A stretch of 64,000 nucleotides of DNA, from assembly GCA_963843635.1 (NCBI GenBank), contig CAWJLF010000001.1:10352-74351 (forward strand), in the 5' to 3' direction. Position 1 is the stretch's first letter; the number at the start of each line of letters is the position of its first letter. Shown here piece by piece: positions 53,922 to 63,631 of the stretch. The notes under the pieces were generated by a model, which saw nothing but the letters and a program-made list of their open reading frames with translations, was not told the origin of the DNA and ran no database searches. This DNA is from an uncultured Bacteroidales bacterium. Lineage in GTDB: Bacteria > Bacteroidota > Bacteroidia > Bacteroidales > VadinHA17. The translations under genes and the position numbers were made by a program.

Positions 53922-55412
53922 CTAATTTGATAGTTCCGAAAGCAATTTTGAGATATCCATATTATCAGGATTCATTTGTTGTGCTTTCAGCAAAGCTTCT
54001 TTTGCCTGATCCATCTCTCCATTTATTTTATAGGAAAAACCTAAATCATAATACGCGTGCCACGAATCGGGATACTCGTCTATATTAAATTTGAACAGCT
54101 TAACAGAAGCATTACCATCATAATCTAAAAGCATTCTGCCGGCCATGCTAATCTCTTCTTCTGTATAATTATAGTTTTTATAAGCTTCCGCTTTATGTGA
54201 TTTGTAAATGGCAATTGCAGAATCAATAGAAGATTGCAAATACGTATTTATCAAAGCCGTTGATTGTGCATAATCCAACTGATCTGCTATCGAAAATTCA
54301 TTTTTCTGTGAACTCAGGCTTAATAATTTTTCTTTTGACTCTTTATTTTCTTTTAACGTTGCATCAAAAAAGGTTGTGGTATAGTCAGCAATATAATCAT
54401 AGCTCCTGGCATAATTATTCTGGAGTGAATCTGGTTTGCAATTATTAAAATAGTTCCAAAAAGAAACAAAGCCAAAATGATCTAAATGTGACATTCTAAG
54501 AGCAATCTTATTTTCAGACTTTATTGAATTATAAAATGGATAAACAGAACTGATATCTTTATTGACCAGCATCAAATAGGGGACTTTAGTTTTCTCCAGA
54601 TCAAACGCCTGTAATTTGGAGAGGAAGACGTAGAAGGAATATTCCTGACTGCCATCCAAGGAGCAAACAGCTTTGACATTTGGATGTTTCATTTGAAACA
54701 GGGCTATTGCCAGGCCTCCCGTACTAAATCCTGCCAGGCCTATAGAAGAATATTTAATTTGGATGTTATTTTCTATATAATCGAGAATGAATTCCATATC
54801 CTCCACCTGTGCTAATATGCTTTTCCCCGGATCTCTCCTTTGTATCGAATTTTCTCCTGCGGAAGCAACTGAAATTACAAAGAAGCCATTTTTTGCTAAT
54901 TGTTCGCAGATACGATGATTTTGTATTGGCGTTTTGCTGTTTGAGGGAGCGTAAATAATCAAAGGAAATTTACCCTTTGCCTGCGGACTATCGAGGGAAG
55001 CTTCTACAGGTGAATCGAGTATTTCTTCTGTACTCGTGTTTAATCCTATTTTGAAGTTCCCTTTGGCAAAACCGGCATAGGCATCGATAAAATTAAAACT
55101 CTCGTTATCGATATCTTCTTTTGCTTTAGAGTAATTTTCCCGAATAGAAATCAAATCGACATATTGCTTGAAATTCATTTTATTCGCATCTGAACTTTCT
55201 TCTGATGGATACCAAAAATGAATCAGCATCGGGCGGAAAATAGTATCCTGATTGTAAATATAAAGCCTACTGCTATCCTGTACTTTATAATAATTAAAAC
55301 CTACGGAAAAGTTTGTGTTTTCTTTTTTGACAGTACAGCTCAGAGGAATAAAACTAATTGCAATAAAAAATAACACGAATTTTGTTGTTTGAAGTTTTAA
55401 TTTTTTTTTCAT
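53922..55412 (-). CDS. Lipoprotein alpha/beta hydrolase with C-terminal TPR
   Basis: Lipobox PLSC; FWYP, KFPLIIY and GFSTGG nucleophile elbow; LDG; HLDH; TPR-like tail (AYYDLGFSY...NPDN). Confidence 0.75.
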   Translation of the reverse strand: MKKKLKLQTTKFVLFFIAISFIPLSCTVKKENTNFSVGFNYYKVQDSSRLYIYNQDTIFRPMLIHFWYPSEESSDANKMNFKQYVDLISIRENYSKAKEDIDNESFNFIDAYAGFAKGNFKIGLNTSTEEILDSPVEASLDSPQAKGKFPLIIYAPSNSKTPIQNHRICEQLAKNGFFVISVASAGENSIQRRDPGKSILAQVEDMEFILDYIENNIQIKYSSIGLAGFSTGGLAIALFQMKHPNVKAVCSLDGSQEYSFYVFLSKLQAFDLEKTKVPYLMLVNKDISSVYPFYNSIKSENKIALRMSHLDHFGFVSFWNYFNNCKPDSLQNNYARSYDYIADYTTTFFDATLKENKESKEKLLSLSSQKNEFSIADQLDYAQSTALINTYLQSSIDSAIAIYKSHKAEAYKNYNYTEEEISMAGRMLLDYDGNASVKLFKFNIDEYPDSWHAYYDLGFSYKINGEMDQAKEALLKAQQMNPDNMDISKLLSELSN

Positions 55413-55463
55413 AATGTAATTATTTGGAATTATACATTTACTTCTTAAGTTATTTCTCTTGCC

Positions 55464-57818
55464 TTACTCATATCTTAATGCTTCAATTGGATTCCTTCGT
55501 GCGGTGCTATAGCTTAGGCCACTTACTGTAAGCAATACAATGACTAAAGAAATAAATCCTGCGAAAACAAATATCCACCAACTGAGTGCCGTTTTATAGG
55601 CAAAGCTTTCCAACCATTTGTTCATACCATAATAGGCTATTGGCGTTGCTATAACAAAGGCTACAGACATCCATTTCACAAAGCTTATATTTAGCATTTG
55701 CATAATTTCAGAAACTGTTGCTCCATTTACCTTTCGAATGCCTATTTCTTTGGTTCGGCTAGCCATCATAAAGGCGGCCATTCCTAATAAACCCATACTG
55801 GCAAGAAAAATAGCCAGCACCGCGAAAAATCCCATAAGATGAAAAGTCTTACTGTCTTTTTCATAGCGTTGTTCCAGAATCTGGTCCAAAAAAGTAAATT
55901 CAATGACCTCATCGGGATAAATACTCTGACAAACTTCGGTAAGGGCATTCTTCGAACCAACTAAATCAGAAGGCTTCACTTTAACAATAAGATGGTAAAC
56001 CATTGAATAATCTATTACATAAACTACGGGTTTCACTTTATTATACAAGGATTCGAAGTGAATGTCGTCGATTATGCCTACAACTTTTCTATCCGATTTA
56101 GGCCAATTACATTTAAGCGTTTGCCCTATTGGATTACCTATTAATCCAAGCTTAGCAACAGCCGCTTTATTAAGAATAATCGATTCAGTGGCATCTGTTT
56201 TAAAATCACTCGAAAATAATCGACCTTGGACCGGCTTAATTCCCAATGTTCTAAAATAATCGAAAGTCACATGAACATAAGAGATTGCAATATTTTCTGT
56301 TTGTCCTTCAGGTTTTACTACCCCTTCATTACTAAGAGAACCTGATGGTATGCGGCTTGCGACAGAAACACTGGAAACATAACTCTCTTTGAGGAGTGCC
56401 TGTTTCAGGGTATTGTATTTCGCTTCATCACCAAAATCGAATACGCTGGTAAGTACAGCTTCTTTATTAAAACCCAGGTCTTTTTCTTGTATAAAATTAA
56501 TTTGACGGAGCATAACAGTAGCGCAGGCAATTAAAACGATGACAATGGTAAACTGAGCTCCTACCAAAATTTTCTTGATTTGAAATCCGGAACCAAAACC
56601 ACTTTTAGATGATTTCATCACCTTAACGGGACTATAAGAAGACAAAACAAAAGCGGGATACCAGCCTGCCAAAACACCCACAACTATCATCATACCTAAT
56701 AAACTTAGAAGAATATTCACATTCGCCAGAAAGTAAAATGACAATTCTTTTCCGGATAGCTCATTAAACAGAGGTAAACTGAGCCTTACCAAAATCAACG
56801 AAATACAAAATGATATAAAGAATACAATCATCGATTCAGAGACATATTGCATAGCCAACTGAGTTCGTGAAGCTCCAAAAGCTTTACGGACACCAATTTC
56901 AGTTACACGAGTGGTTGCATTGGCTGTTAAAAGATTGATATAATTGAAGCAGGCTATCAGCAAAATAAGCAGGCCTATTGCCGAAAAAATCAATACATAA
57001 GTAATGCTATTTTGGGGTTGAATATCACCTAAAAAATGAGAAGAATAAAGATGAATATCTTTTATATTTTGCACAGTAAATTGGGTTACTGGAGCGCCAG
57101 TTACATCATGGATTTTCATCAACTCTGTGATTTTAGCTTCCAGGTCTGGCTTAGAAAAATGATCCGACATCTCAAAATAAACCAGAAAATTCAACCAACC
57201 CCAGCTTTTCACCCAGTCTTCACCAAACATCTTATTCCCATCGGCAAGCGTTAAAAATAGATCAAAGGTAAAATGAGAATTTTGAGGCATGTCTTTTATT
57301 ACCCCCACTACGGTATAATCGTATTCACTACTTACTTTAAACATTTTGCCAATGGCATTTTCGTTACCAAAATATTTATGAGCCATCTTTTCAGTGATAA
57401 CTGCTGTACCCGGCTGCTGAAGAGAATTTGCGGCGCTTCCCTGCATGAACTCAAAAGAAAAGATATCAAATAGTTCAGCATCGACCCAGGCTACCTTATC
57501 TTCCTTAAACAGCTGATTGTCGATTTTAACCAGGATATTATCTCTTGGCAATATTCTGGCAAAGCTCTTTATTTCCGGTAAATTATCTGCCAAATATTTT
57601 GCTGTCCCTGGTGCCTGATAGGGATGTACTTCCTGACACAACCGATAGATGTTATCTGATTTTTCGTTATATCTGTCATAACTTAGTTCATGCGAAACAT
57701 ACAAGAGCAACAATATGCAAACAGCTAGTCCGATAGAAAGACTTGATATACTTATTATTGAGTACACCTTGCTTTCAATAAGGTTTGCGAAGGCGATTTT
57801 AAAATAATTCTTTATCAT
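55464..57818 (-). CDS. ABC transporter permease (tandem MacB-PCD/FtsX domains)
   Basis: MIKNYFKIA, IACFNYINL, EIGVRK, KDLGFNKE, EIGIRKVNGA and NPIEALRYE motifs. Confidence 0.93.
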   Translation of the reverse strand: MIKNYFKIAFANLIESKVYSIISISSLSIGLAVCILLLLYVSHELSYDRYNEKSDNIYRLCQEVHPYQAPGTAKYLADNLPEIKSFARILPRDNILVKIDNQLFKEDKVAWVDAELFDIFSFEFMQGSAANSLQQPGTAVITEKMAHKYFGNENAIGKMFKVSSEYDYTVVGVIKDMPQNSHFTFDLFLTLADGNKMFGEDWVKSWGWLNFLVYFEMSDHFSKPDLEAKITELMKIHDVTGAPVTQFTVQNIKDIHLYSSHFLGDIQPQNSITYVLIFSAIGLLILLIACFNYINLLTANATTRVTEIGVRKAFGASRTQLAMQYVSESMIVFFISFCISLILVRLSLPLFNELSGKELSFYFLANVNILLSLLGMMIVVGVLAGWYPAFVLSSYSPVKVMKSSKSGFGSGFQIKKILVGAQFTIVIVLIACATVMLRQINFIQEKDLGFNKEAVLTSVFDFGDEAKYNTLKQALLKESYVSSVSVASRIPSGSLSNEGVVKPEGQTENIAISYVHVTFDYFRTLGIKPVQGRLFSSDFKTDATESIILNKAAVAKLGLIGNPIGQTLKCNWPKSDRKVVGIIDDIHFESLYNKVKPVVYVIDYSMVYHLIVKVKPSDLVGSKNALTEVCQSIYPDEVIEFTFLDQILEQRYEKDSKTFHLMGFFAVLAIFLASMGLLGMAAFMMASRTKEIGIRKVNGATVSEIMQMLNISFVKWMSVAFVIATPIAYYGMNKWLESFAYKTALSWWIFVFAGFISLVIVLLTVSGLSYSTARRNPIEALRYE

Positions 57819-57842
57819 GGTCTTATTTTTTTAATGTTGTTC

Positions 57843-58139
57843 TTATTCGTAACGAAAAGCTTCTATTGGGTTCCTTCTTGCAGCTGTAAATGTTTGTCCG
57901 CTTACAGTGATTAAAGCAATAACCATTGCTACACCTCCTGCTAAAGCAAAAAGCCACCAACTTAAGTCTGTTTTGAACGCAAATTTTTGGTGCCAGTTAT
58001 CCATAGTGATATAGGCAATAATTTTATAGATTACCAAGCTGCATCCAATACCTATCGCTAATCCACCTAAATTAATTGCTGCATGGATTTTATTGAAGGT
58101 CAAATGGCTCCAAATTGTTTTGAATAATGTTCTTAGCAT
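57843..58139 (-). pseudogene. Internally deleted ABC permease: N-terminal ~43 aa fused in frame to C-terminal ~55 aa
   Basis: INLGGLAIGIGCSLVI (permease N-terminus) runs straight into IAYITMDNW...SWWLF...NPIEAFRYE (permease C-terminus). Confidence 0.8.
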
Positions 58140-58192
58140 GGGAATTAATTTTAATTGGCCTTGTTTTAGTATGTTTCGACGGGTATCATAAT

Positions 58193-58867
58193 TTAATTCT
58201 GATTCTGTGCGATTATCTGCCCATCGAATAGATTAATCGTGCGGTGCGCAAAACCAGCATCACGATCAGAGTGCGTTACCATTAAAATAGTGGCTCCCTC
58301 CTGGTTGAGTTCCGATAAAAGATTCATTACTTCAATACCATTTTTTGTATCCAGATTTCCTGTTGGCTCATCTGCCAGAATTAATCCGGGGTTTGCAACC
58401 ACTGCTCGTGAAATTGCTACACGTTGTTGTTGTCCGCCTGAAAGTTGTTGTGGGAAGTACTTGGCCCTATGACCAATTTTCATTCTGCTTAATACTTCAT
58501 TAACTCTTTTTTTGCGCTCTGAACCCTTCATTTTCAGATACAATAAAGGAAGTTCTACATTGTCATAAACATTTAGCTTGTCAATCAAGTTGAAACTTTG
58601 AAACACAAAACCAATTTTCCCTCTTCTATACTGTGTGCGATCTTCCTCTTTAAGATTACTTACATCTGTTCCGTTGAAACCATAAGTCCCGCTTGTGGGA
58701 TAATCCAACAAACCAACAATATTAAGAAAGGTTGATTTTCCGCAACCGGAGGGCCCCATGATGGCCACAAATTCACCTTTCTTAACATGAACATCTACAC
58801 CACTTAAGGCAAAGGTTTCAACTTCCTCGGTGCGAAATACTTTTGTTAATTTCTCTGTTTTTATCAT
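58193..58867 (-). CDS. ABC transporter ATP-binding protein (MacB/LolD-like)
   Basis: GPSGCGKST, LSGGQQQRVA, ADEPTGNLD and VTH motifs. Confidence 0.95.
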   Translation of the reverse strand: MIKTEKLTKVFRTEEVETFALSGVDVHVKKGEFVAIMGPSGCGKSTFLNIVGLLDYPTSGTYGFNGTDVSNLKEEDRTQYRRGKIGFVFQSFNLIDKLNVYDNVELPLLYLKMKGSERKKRVNEVLSRMKIGHRAKYFPQQLSGGQQQRVAISRAVVANPGLILADEPTGNLDTKNGIEVMNLLSELNQEGATILMVTHSDRDAGFAHRTINLFDGQIIAQNQN

Positions 58868-59056
58868 GTCAGTTGATTATTATGGTTATAATGTTTGAGG
58901 TTTATTAATTTATTTAAATACAATTCGTTAGTTATCTTCAAAACCATCTCTACATAAAGACGCTTGATTAATTAGAAGAATCATTATTATTATGCCTGCT
59001 CACATCAATATATGCTTCGTTTTTAACCATTTTTCTTTTCTATTTGATTAAGAATA

Positions 59057-59072
59057 AGCAAGGCTTATGCCA
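59057..59072 (-). promoter_or_regulatory. Sigma-54 promoter of the ABC operon
   Basis: TGGCATAAGCCTTGCT (GG-N10-GC), divergent from a sigma-54 activator gene. Confidence 0.75.
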
Positions 59073-59136
59073 TTAAAGTTAAATAACTGAATATATGATA
59101 TATACATATTTTTTTATTTAGAAAACGAAAAATATG

Positions 59137-59175
59137 TGTAAATATATCTTACAGTCGATGTGCATTTAATTTACA
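59137..59175. promoter_or_regulatory. Tandem putative enhancer (UAS) sites
   Basis: TGTAA-N7-TTACA (59137-59153) and TGT-N11-ACA (59159-59175), 22 bp apart. Confidence 0.5.
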
Positions 59176-59250
59176 TATCTTTACTTTCGTAGTTAACAAC
59201 GCGTTTAATCAGACAGATAAGACCTTGTTTATCGAACTTAAGTATAAAAA

Positions 59251-60615
59251 ATGAAAAGTAAGATTCTTGTTCTAGACGATAATAAAAGTGTTTTAACAGC
59301 ACTTGAGATGTTGTTGCAATCGGAATTTGACCAGATAGTCACGCTCAAAAATCCGAACAACTTAATTTCTACAATCCAACAACATACAATTGATGTTGTA
59401 TTGCTTGATATGAATTTTAAAGCGGGCATTAACAATGGCAACGAAGGAATTTATTGGTTGCGTCAGATTCAAAAATACGATTCGTCGATTAGTATCATTT
59501 TGATTACTGCCTATGGCGATATCGAATTAGCAGTAAGAGCAGTTAAGGAAGGCGCCTTCGATTTTATCTTAAAACCATGGGACAACAATAAACTAATAAG
59601 CACCATACACGCTTCCTTAAAACTCAGAAAGAGCAAAATCGAAAATGCTTCCTTATTAAAAACTACAAATACCCTAAAACAAGAACTTAAACCATCGACA
59701 AAAACCCTCATCGGACAATCAGATCCAATGAAACAGGTGATGGAAATGGTGAAAAAAGTAGCCGTTACCGATGCCAATATTCTTATAACCGGAGAAAACG
59801 GTACAGGGAAAGAGCTGATTGCTCGTGAAATACATCGTTATTCCAAAAGGAATCAGGAAATTATGCTTGGTGTTGATATGGGTTCCGTAAGCGAAACTCT
59901 ATTTGAAAGTGAACTTTTTGGTCATACAAAAGGCTCTTTTACCGATGCAAAAGAAGACAGGATTGGCAAATTTGAAGCCGCTGATAAGGGCACACTTTTT
60001 TTGGACGAAATTGGAAACCTATCCTTATCTCTCCAGGCAAAAATGCTTACTACCTTACAAAACAGGACCATTATTAAGTTAGGGAGTAACACTCATATTC
60101 CGATTGATATCCGATTGATATCGGCTACCAATAAAGATTTAAATGCAATGATTGCTGATGGTCTTTTCCGCGAAGATTTGCTTTATCGTATCAACACAAT
60201 TACAATTGAACTACCTCCATTAAGAAATCGCGGAAATGATATTGCTCTATTAGCTGAGTTTTTTCTGTTTAAATACGCGAATAAATACGATAAGCAGGGA
60301 CTTAAAATAAATCAAAACGCAATCGAAAAGCTCCTGAAATACAAATGGCCCGGAAATGTAAGAGAACTTCAACACACAATGGAAAAGGCCGTAATTTTAG
60401 CTGACAATAAAGTTTTAAATGAAGATAGCTTTCTATTAACTGATACCAAAATAAATCTACAAAAAGAGCTTCATAACAAAACCATCGAAGAAATGGAAAG
60501 AGAGATGATACTCGCCTCTATCCATAAGGAAAAAGGCAATATGAGTGCCGTAGCAAAAAATCTTGGAATAACGCGGCAAACCATATACAAAAAACTTAAG
60601 AGGTATGGGATATAA
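59251..60615 (+). CDS. Sigma-54-dependent response regulator (NtrC family)
   Basis: Receiver domain (VLDD, LLDM); GENGTGKE, ESELFGH, GSFTDA and WPGNVREL motifs; Fis-type HTH. Confidence 0.95.
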   Translation: MKSKILVLDDNKSVLTALEMLLQSEFDQIVTLKNPNNLISTIQQHTIDVVLLDMNFKAGINNGNEGIYWLRQIQKYDSSISIILITAYGDIELAVRAVKEGAFDFILKPWDNNKLISTIHASLKLRKSKIENASLLKTTNTLKQELKPSTKTLIGQSDPMKQVMEMVKKVAVTDANILITGENGTGKELIAREIHRYSKRNQEIMLGVDMGSVSETLFESELFGHTKGSFTDAKEDRIGKFEAADKGTLFLDEIGNLSLSLQAKMLTTLQNRTIIKLGSNTHIPIDIRLISATNKDLNAMIADGLFREDLLYRINTITIELPPLRNRGNDIALLAEFFLFKYANKYDKQGLKINQNAIEKLLKYKWPGNVRELQHTMEKAVILADNKVLNEDSFLLTDTKINLQKELHNKTIEEMEREMILASIHKEKGNMSAVAKNLGITRQTIYKKLKRYGI

Positions 60616-61960
60616 GCATTTCTATATTGCAATTATACTAAGATTGGTAATAATAATTTTGCTTTCGATGGCAGCTGCGTTATTATTCTTTGAAAAGCAG
60701 GCTTATATTTTATCTCTGTTAACATTTCTATTACTGATAGGAGCTATTATTAATATTATCAGATATTTCAATAAGATAAACCAATGGATGGCCTTTTTCA
60801 TATTAGGGATTGAAAATGAAGACACTTCACTAAAAGTTCCAGCCAAATCAGGCAGTAATGCTATCGATGAAGTATATATTGGAATAGAAAGGTTAAACAA
60901 TCTTTTCAAGCAATCAAAAATAGATATTAGCACCCAGGAACAATATTATCGCTCTGTCATTGATCAATCGGCTACGGGGCTTTTTTCAATCAATAAATAT
61001 GGAAGAGTAATAAATATTAATCCAGCGGCGGAGAAGCTCACAAATTTACAGGAATATCATCATGTAAATGGACTAAAAATCATTGATCTTGTTTTACCGG
61101 ATTTTATCATGAATCCAGATCAGAACCCTTATCAACAATCAGCCATTTTTGAAAATCAATATGGACAAAAGCTATTATTCAAGCTTTCAGAAATTAATAC
61201 TTCAAAAGAAATTATTAAGCTGGTTGCTGTTAGCGATATAACCAAAGAGCTTGATAATGGTAAAGTAGATGCATGGATTAAACTAGCGCGTACTTTGTCA
61301 CACGAGATTATGAATAATATAGCTCCCATCACCACATTATCTCAAGTTATTTCAAATTATTTTATCAGAAATAAGAAAGCCATTGATGTGGCAGATTTAG
61401 ATTCTAAAACAATTAATAACACATTGAAAGGGCTTAAAGTTATTGAGGAGCGAAGCCTTGGTTTAATGCATTTTGTTGATAATTATCGAAAATTCACAAA
61501 GCTTCCTGCACCCAAACTGGTATCTGTTAATTTATCAAACCTGATTGATAACATCCTGGTGGCAGCTGGTACCTTTTCGAAGTTTAACACCATAAAACTG
61601 GAAAAATCGATCCCCGAAAACTTTATGGTTATTACTGATGAAAAACTTCTATCGCAAGTCATCATAAACCTATTGAAGAATGCATGCGAGGCCCTTACTT
61701 CTAATAATGCCGAACAGCCAAAGATAGTAATTGGGCTCAGGCAATCGAATAATACAACTAGAATTGAAATCACCAATAATGGTCCGCTTATACCTCCTGA
61801 AATAAGAGAGCAAATATTTATCCCGTTTTTCACAACAAAGGAGGACGGCTCTGGCGTTGGACTTAGCCTTAGCAAGCAAATCATGCTAAAAATGAATGGT
61901 GATGTTTTGCTGAACTCAATAAAGGAAAAGTCAACTACTTTTACTATTATTTTAAATTAG
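60605..61960 (+). CDS. Sensor histidine kinase (NtrY-like, PAS)
   Basis: Two TM helices; LSHEIMN, INLLKNA, IFIPFFTTK and GSGVGL motifs; overlaps the regulator's stop. Confidence 0.93.
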   Translation: MGYKHFYIAIILRLVIIILLSMAAALLFFEKQAYILSLLTFLLLIGAIINIIRYFNKINQWMAFFILGIENEDTSLKVPAKSGSNAIDEVYIGIERLNNLFKQSKIDISTQEQYYRSVIDQSATGLFSINKYGRVININPAAEKLTNLQEYHHVNGLKIIDLVLPDFIMNPDQNPYQQSAIFENQYGQKLLFKLSEINTSKEIIKLVAVSDITKELDNGKVDAWIKLARTLSHEIMNNIAPITTLSQVISNYFIRNKKAIDVADLDSKTINNTLKGLKVIEERSLGLMHFVDNYRKFTKLPAPKLVSVNLSNLIDNILVAAGTFSKFNTIKLEKSIPENFMVITDEKLLSQVIINLLKNACEALTSNNAEQPKIVIGLRQSNNTTRIEITNNGPLIPPEIREQIFIPFFTTKEDGSGVGLSLSKQIMLKMNGDVLLNSIKEKSTTFTIILN

Positions 61961-62141
61961 AGAGCCTGCGTTTATTATATGTTTTTGAATTAATCCTAAT
62001 TTATATCCGCTGTCATTACTAGTATTCATCAGAACAGCCGATGTTCTTGTTCTTATAAAAATTTAACCATACTGTGTAAGTAAATCACTGTTTGCTCTTT
62101 TTCTGTTGTTAAGTTCCCCCAGAGAATCACGGATTTACGTG

Positions 62142-63479
62142 CTAAATCTTGCCCACATTCAGGTTATTGTGTGCTATAGCCAAAAGAGTTTGAACCGAGA
62201 CTCCATACGGACATTCTTTTTCGCAATAACCTTCACACTGCAGACATGTTTCAGGGTTAATGCCAGGTAATTCATAATATTTCTGCATTGCATACTTTTC
62301 TCTTCCCTGTGCCATGAAGTAGTGATTATAGCGCATAATAGTGTTAACTGGAACCTTATGCGGGCATTTGCTTTCACATAATCCGCATGCATGACGACAA
62401 TATAAATGAGCACAGTTTTCAATAAGGGAATTGATTAATGATATTTTATCCTGAGTTAAACGGGAACCAGACAGGTCAACATAACCTGGAATATCATCAA
62501 ATGATTTGAAAGAAATCAGAACAGAATTTACAGCAGGATTGTCCAGGACAAAACTAATTGCTGCCTCCCGCCTTGCATTTATTTCAAATAACTGATTTTT
62601 TTTCAGATAGTTTTCTGCCTGCTTTTGCTTCTCATTAATCTTGTTATATATCTTCCTGTAGTTATCGGGCATTTTACTTGTGTCGCCACTGAAATTCTTT
62701 AAATATCCCAGGACAGTTAAATAAGTTCCTCCAAATGGATCAGTCTTCATGAGCAAGGTGCCAATATTCTTTTTTGCACATTCATTTAGTATATTTTTCC
62801 CCATTTCCTGTTGAACATAATTATATACGAACAAAACGTAGTCAAACCTCCCGTCATCAACAGCTGCTCCGATTATCTTATCCATAGGTTCCCCTGGCTC
62901 TGTTCCCATGCTGGAACCGTGACAGGATACTCCGCAATACCTGACCCTGCCCTCATTTTTCAACAGAGCAAAAGCCTTGTGAAATGTCTCATTTTTAACA
63001 TCCTCTCCTGAGCCGGCATTCCAGAGCATAAGCCCGTCAAGATATTCCGTGTTTAACCTTTCCAGGCATTTTCTTACACGGCCAATTATACTTTCAACAG
63101 TATCCTGGCCGGAGATGATGACCTTGGTATTAAGAAAGATTGAATCTCTGTCATATTCCCTTATTGCCCTTCCTACCAATAATTCATTATTCCCATTTGT
63201 ATAAAATTCAGCAGTATCAATAATGTTAATCCCGCTATCGAGTATAGCTTTTAAGACATTTTCATTGGAAATGCTTACCGGGCCGCAACCTATGTCTGAA
63301 ACTCTGAATCCTGTTCGTCCCAGAGTCCTGTAATCTTTAATAACAGGAAGCTCCGAATGAGCTACTGAATCAATCTCTTCATTCAGGTCGGTTTTATTTA
63401 CAAAGCCAGCCCCGACACCAATCAATCCGATAGATGATTTTGTCAGGAAATCTCTGCGGTCAATTTTTAGGGTTCCCAT
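62142..63479 (-). CDS. Tat-exported aldo/keto reductase with C-terminal 4Fe-4S dicluster
   Basis: DRRDFL leader; YRTLGRTG and IIDTAEFY motifs; CRHACGLCESKCP and CLQCEGYCEKECP. Confidence 0.88.
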   Translation of the reverse strand: MGTLKIDRRDFLTKSSIGLIGVGAGFVNKTDLNEEIDSVAHSELPVIKDYRTLGRTGFRVSDIGCGPVSISNENVLKAILDSGINIIDTAEFYTNGNNELLVGRAIREYDRDSIFLNTKVIISGQDTVESIIGRVRKCLERLNTEYLDGLMLWNAGSGEDVKNETFHKAFALLKNEGRVRYCGVSCHGSSMGTEPGEPMDKIIGAAVDDGRFDYVLFVYNYVQQEMGKNILNECAKKNIGTLLMKTDPFGGTYLTVLGYLKNFSGDTSKMPDNYRKIYNKINEKQKQAENYLKKNQLFEINARREAAISFVLDNPAVNSVLISFKSFDDIPGYVDLSGSRLTQDKISLINSLIENCAHLYCRHACGLCESKCPHKVPVNTIMRYNHYFMAQGREKYAMQKYYELPGINPETCLQCEGYCEKECPYGVSVQTLLAIAHNNLNVGKI

Positions 63480-63631
63480 AATTTATGATTTTACTAATGA
63501 ATGATAAGAAAGCTCTAATTTACAACTTCTTAGCTTCAATGTCAATAAATTTTTAGCTTAATGCGGCGACCGGATTATGACAGTAGAGTTTACATTTTAT
63601 CCATCTGCCTGAAAGTAAAGCTGGACCTTTA

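Larger units (their letters stand above)
53754..62132. mobile_element. Integrase-less genomic island remnant at tRNA-Met
   Basis: tRNA 3' end duplication on the left; about 33-bp direct repeat at 53706-53739 and 62100-62132; visibly more AT-rich cargo with decayed genes. Confidence 0.6.
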
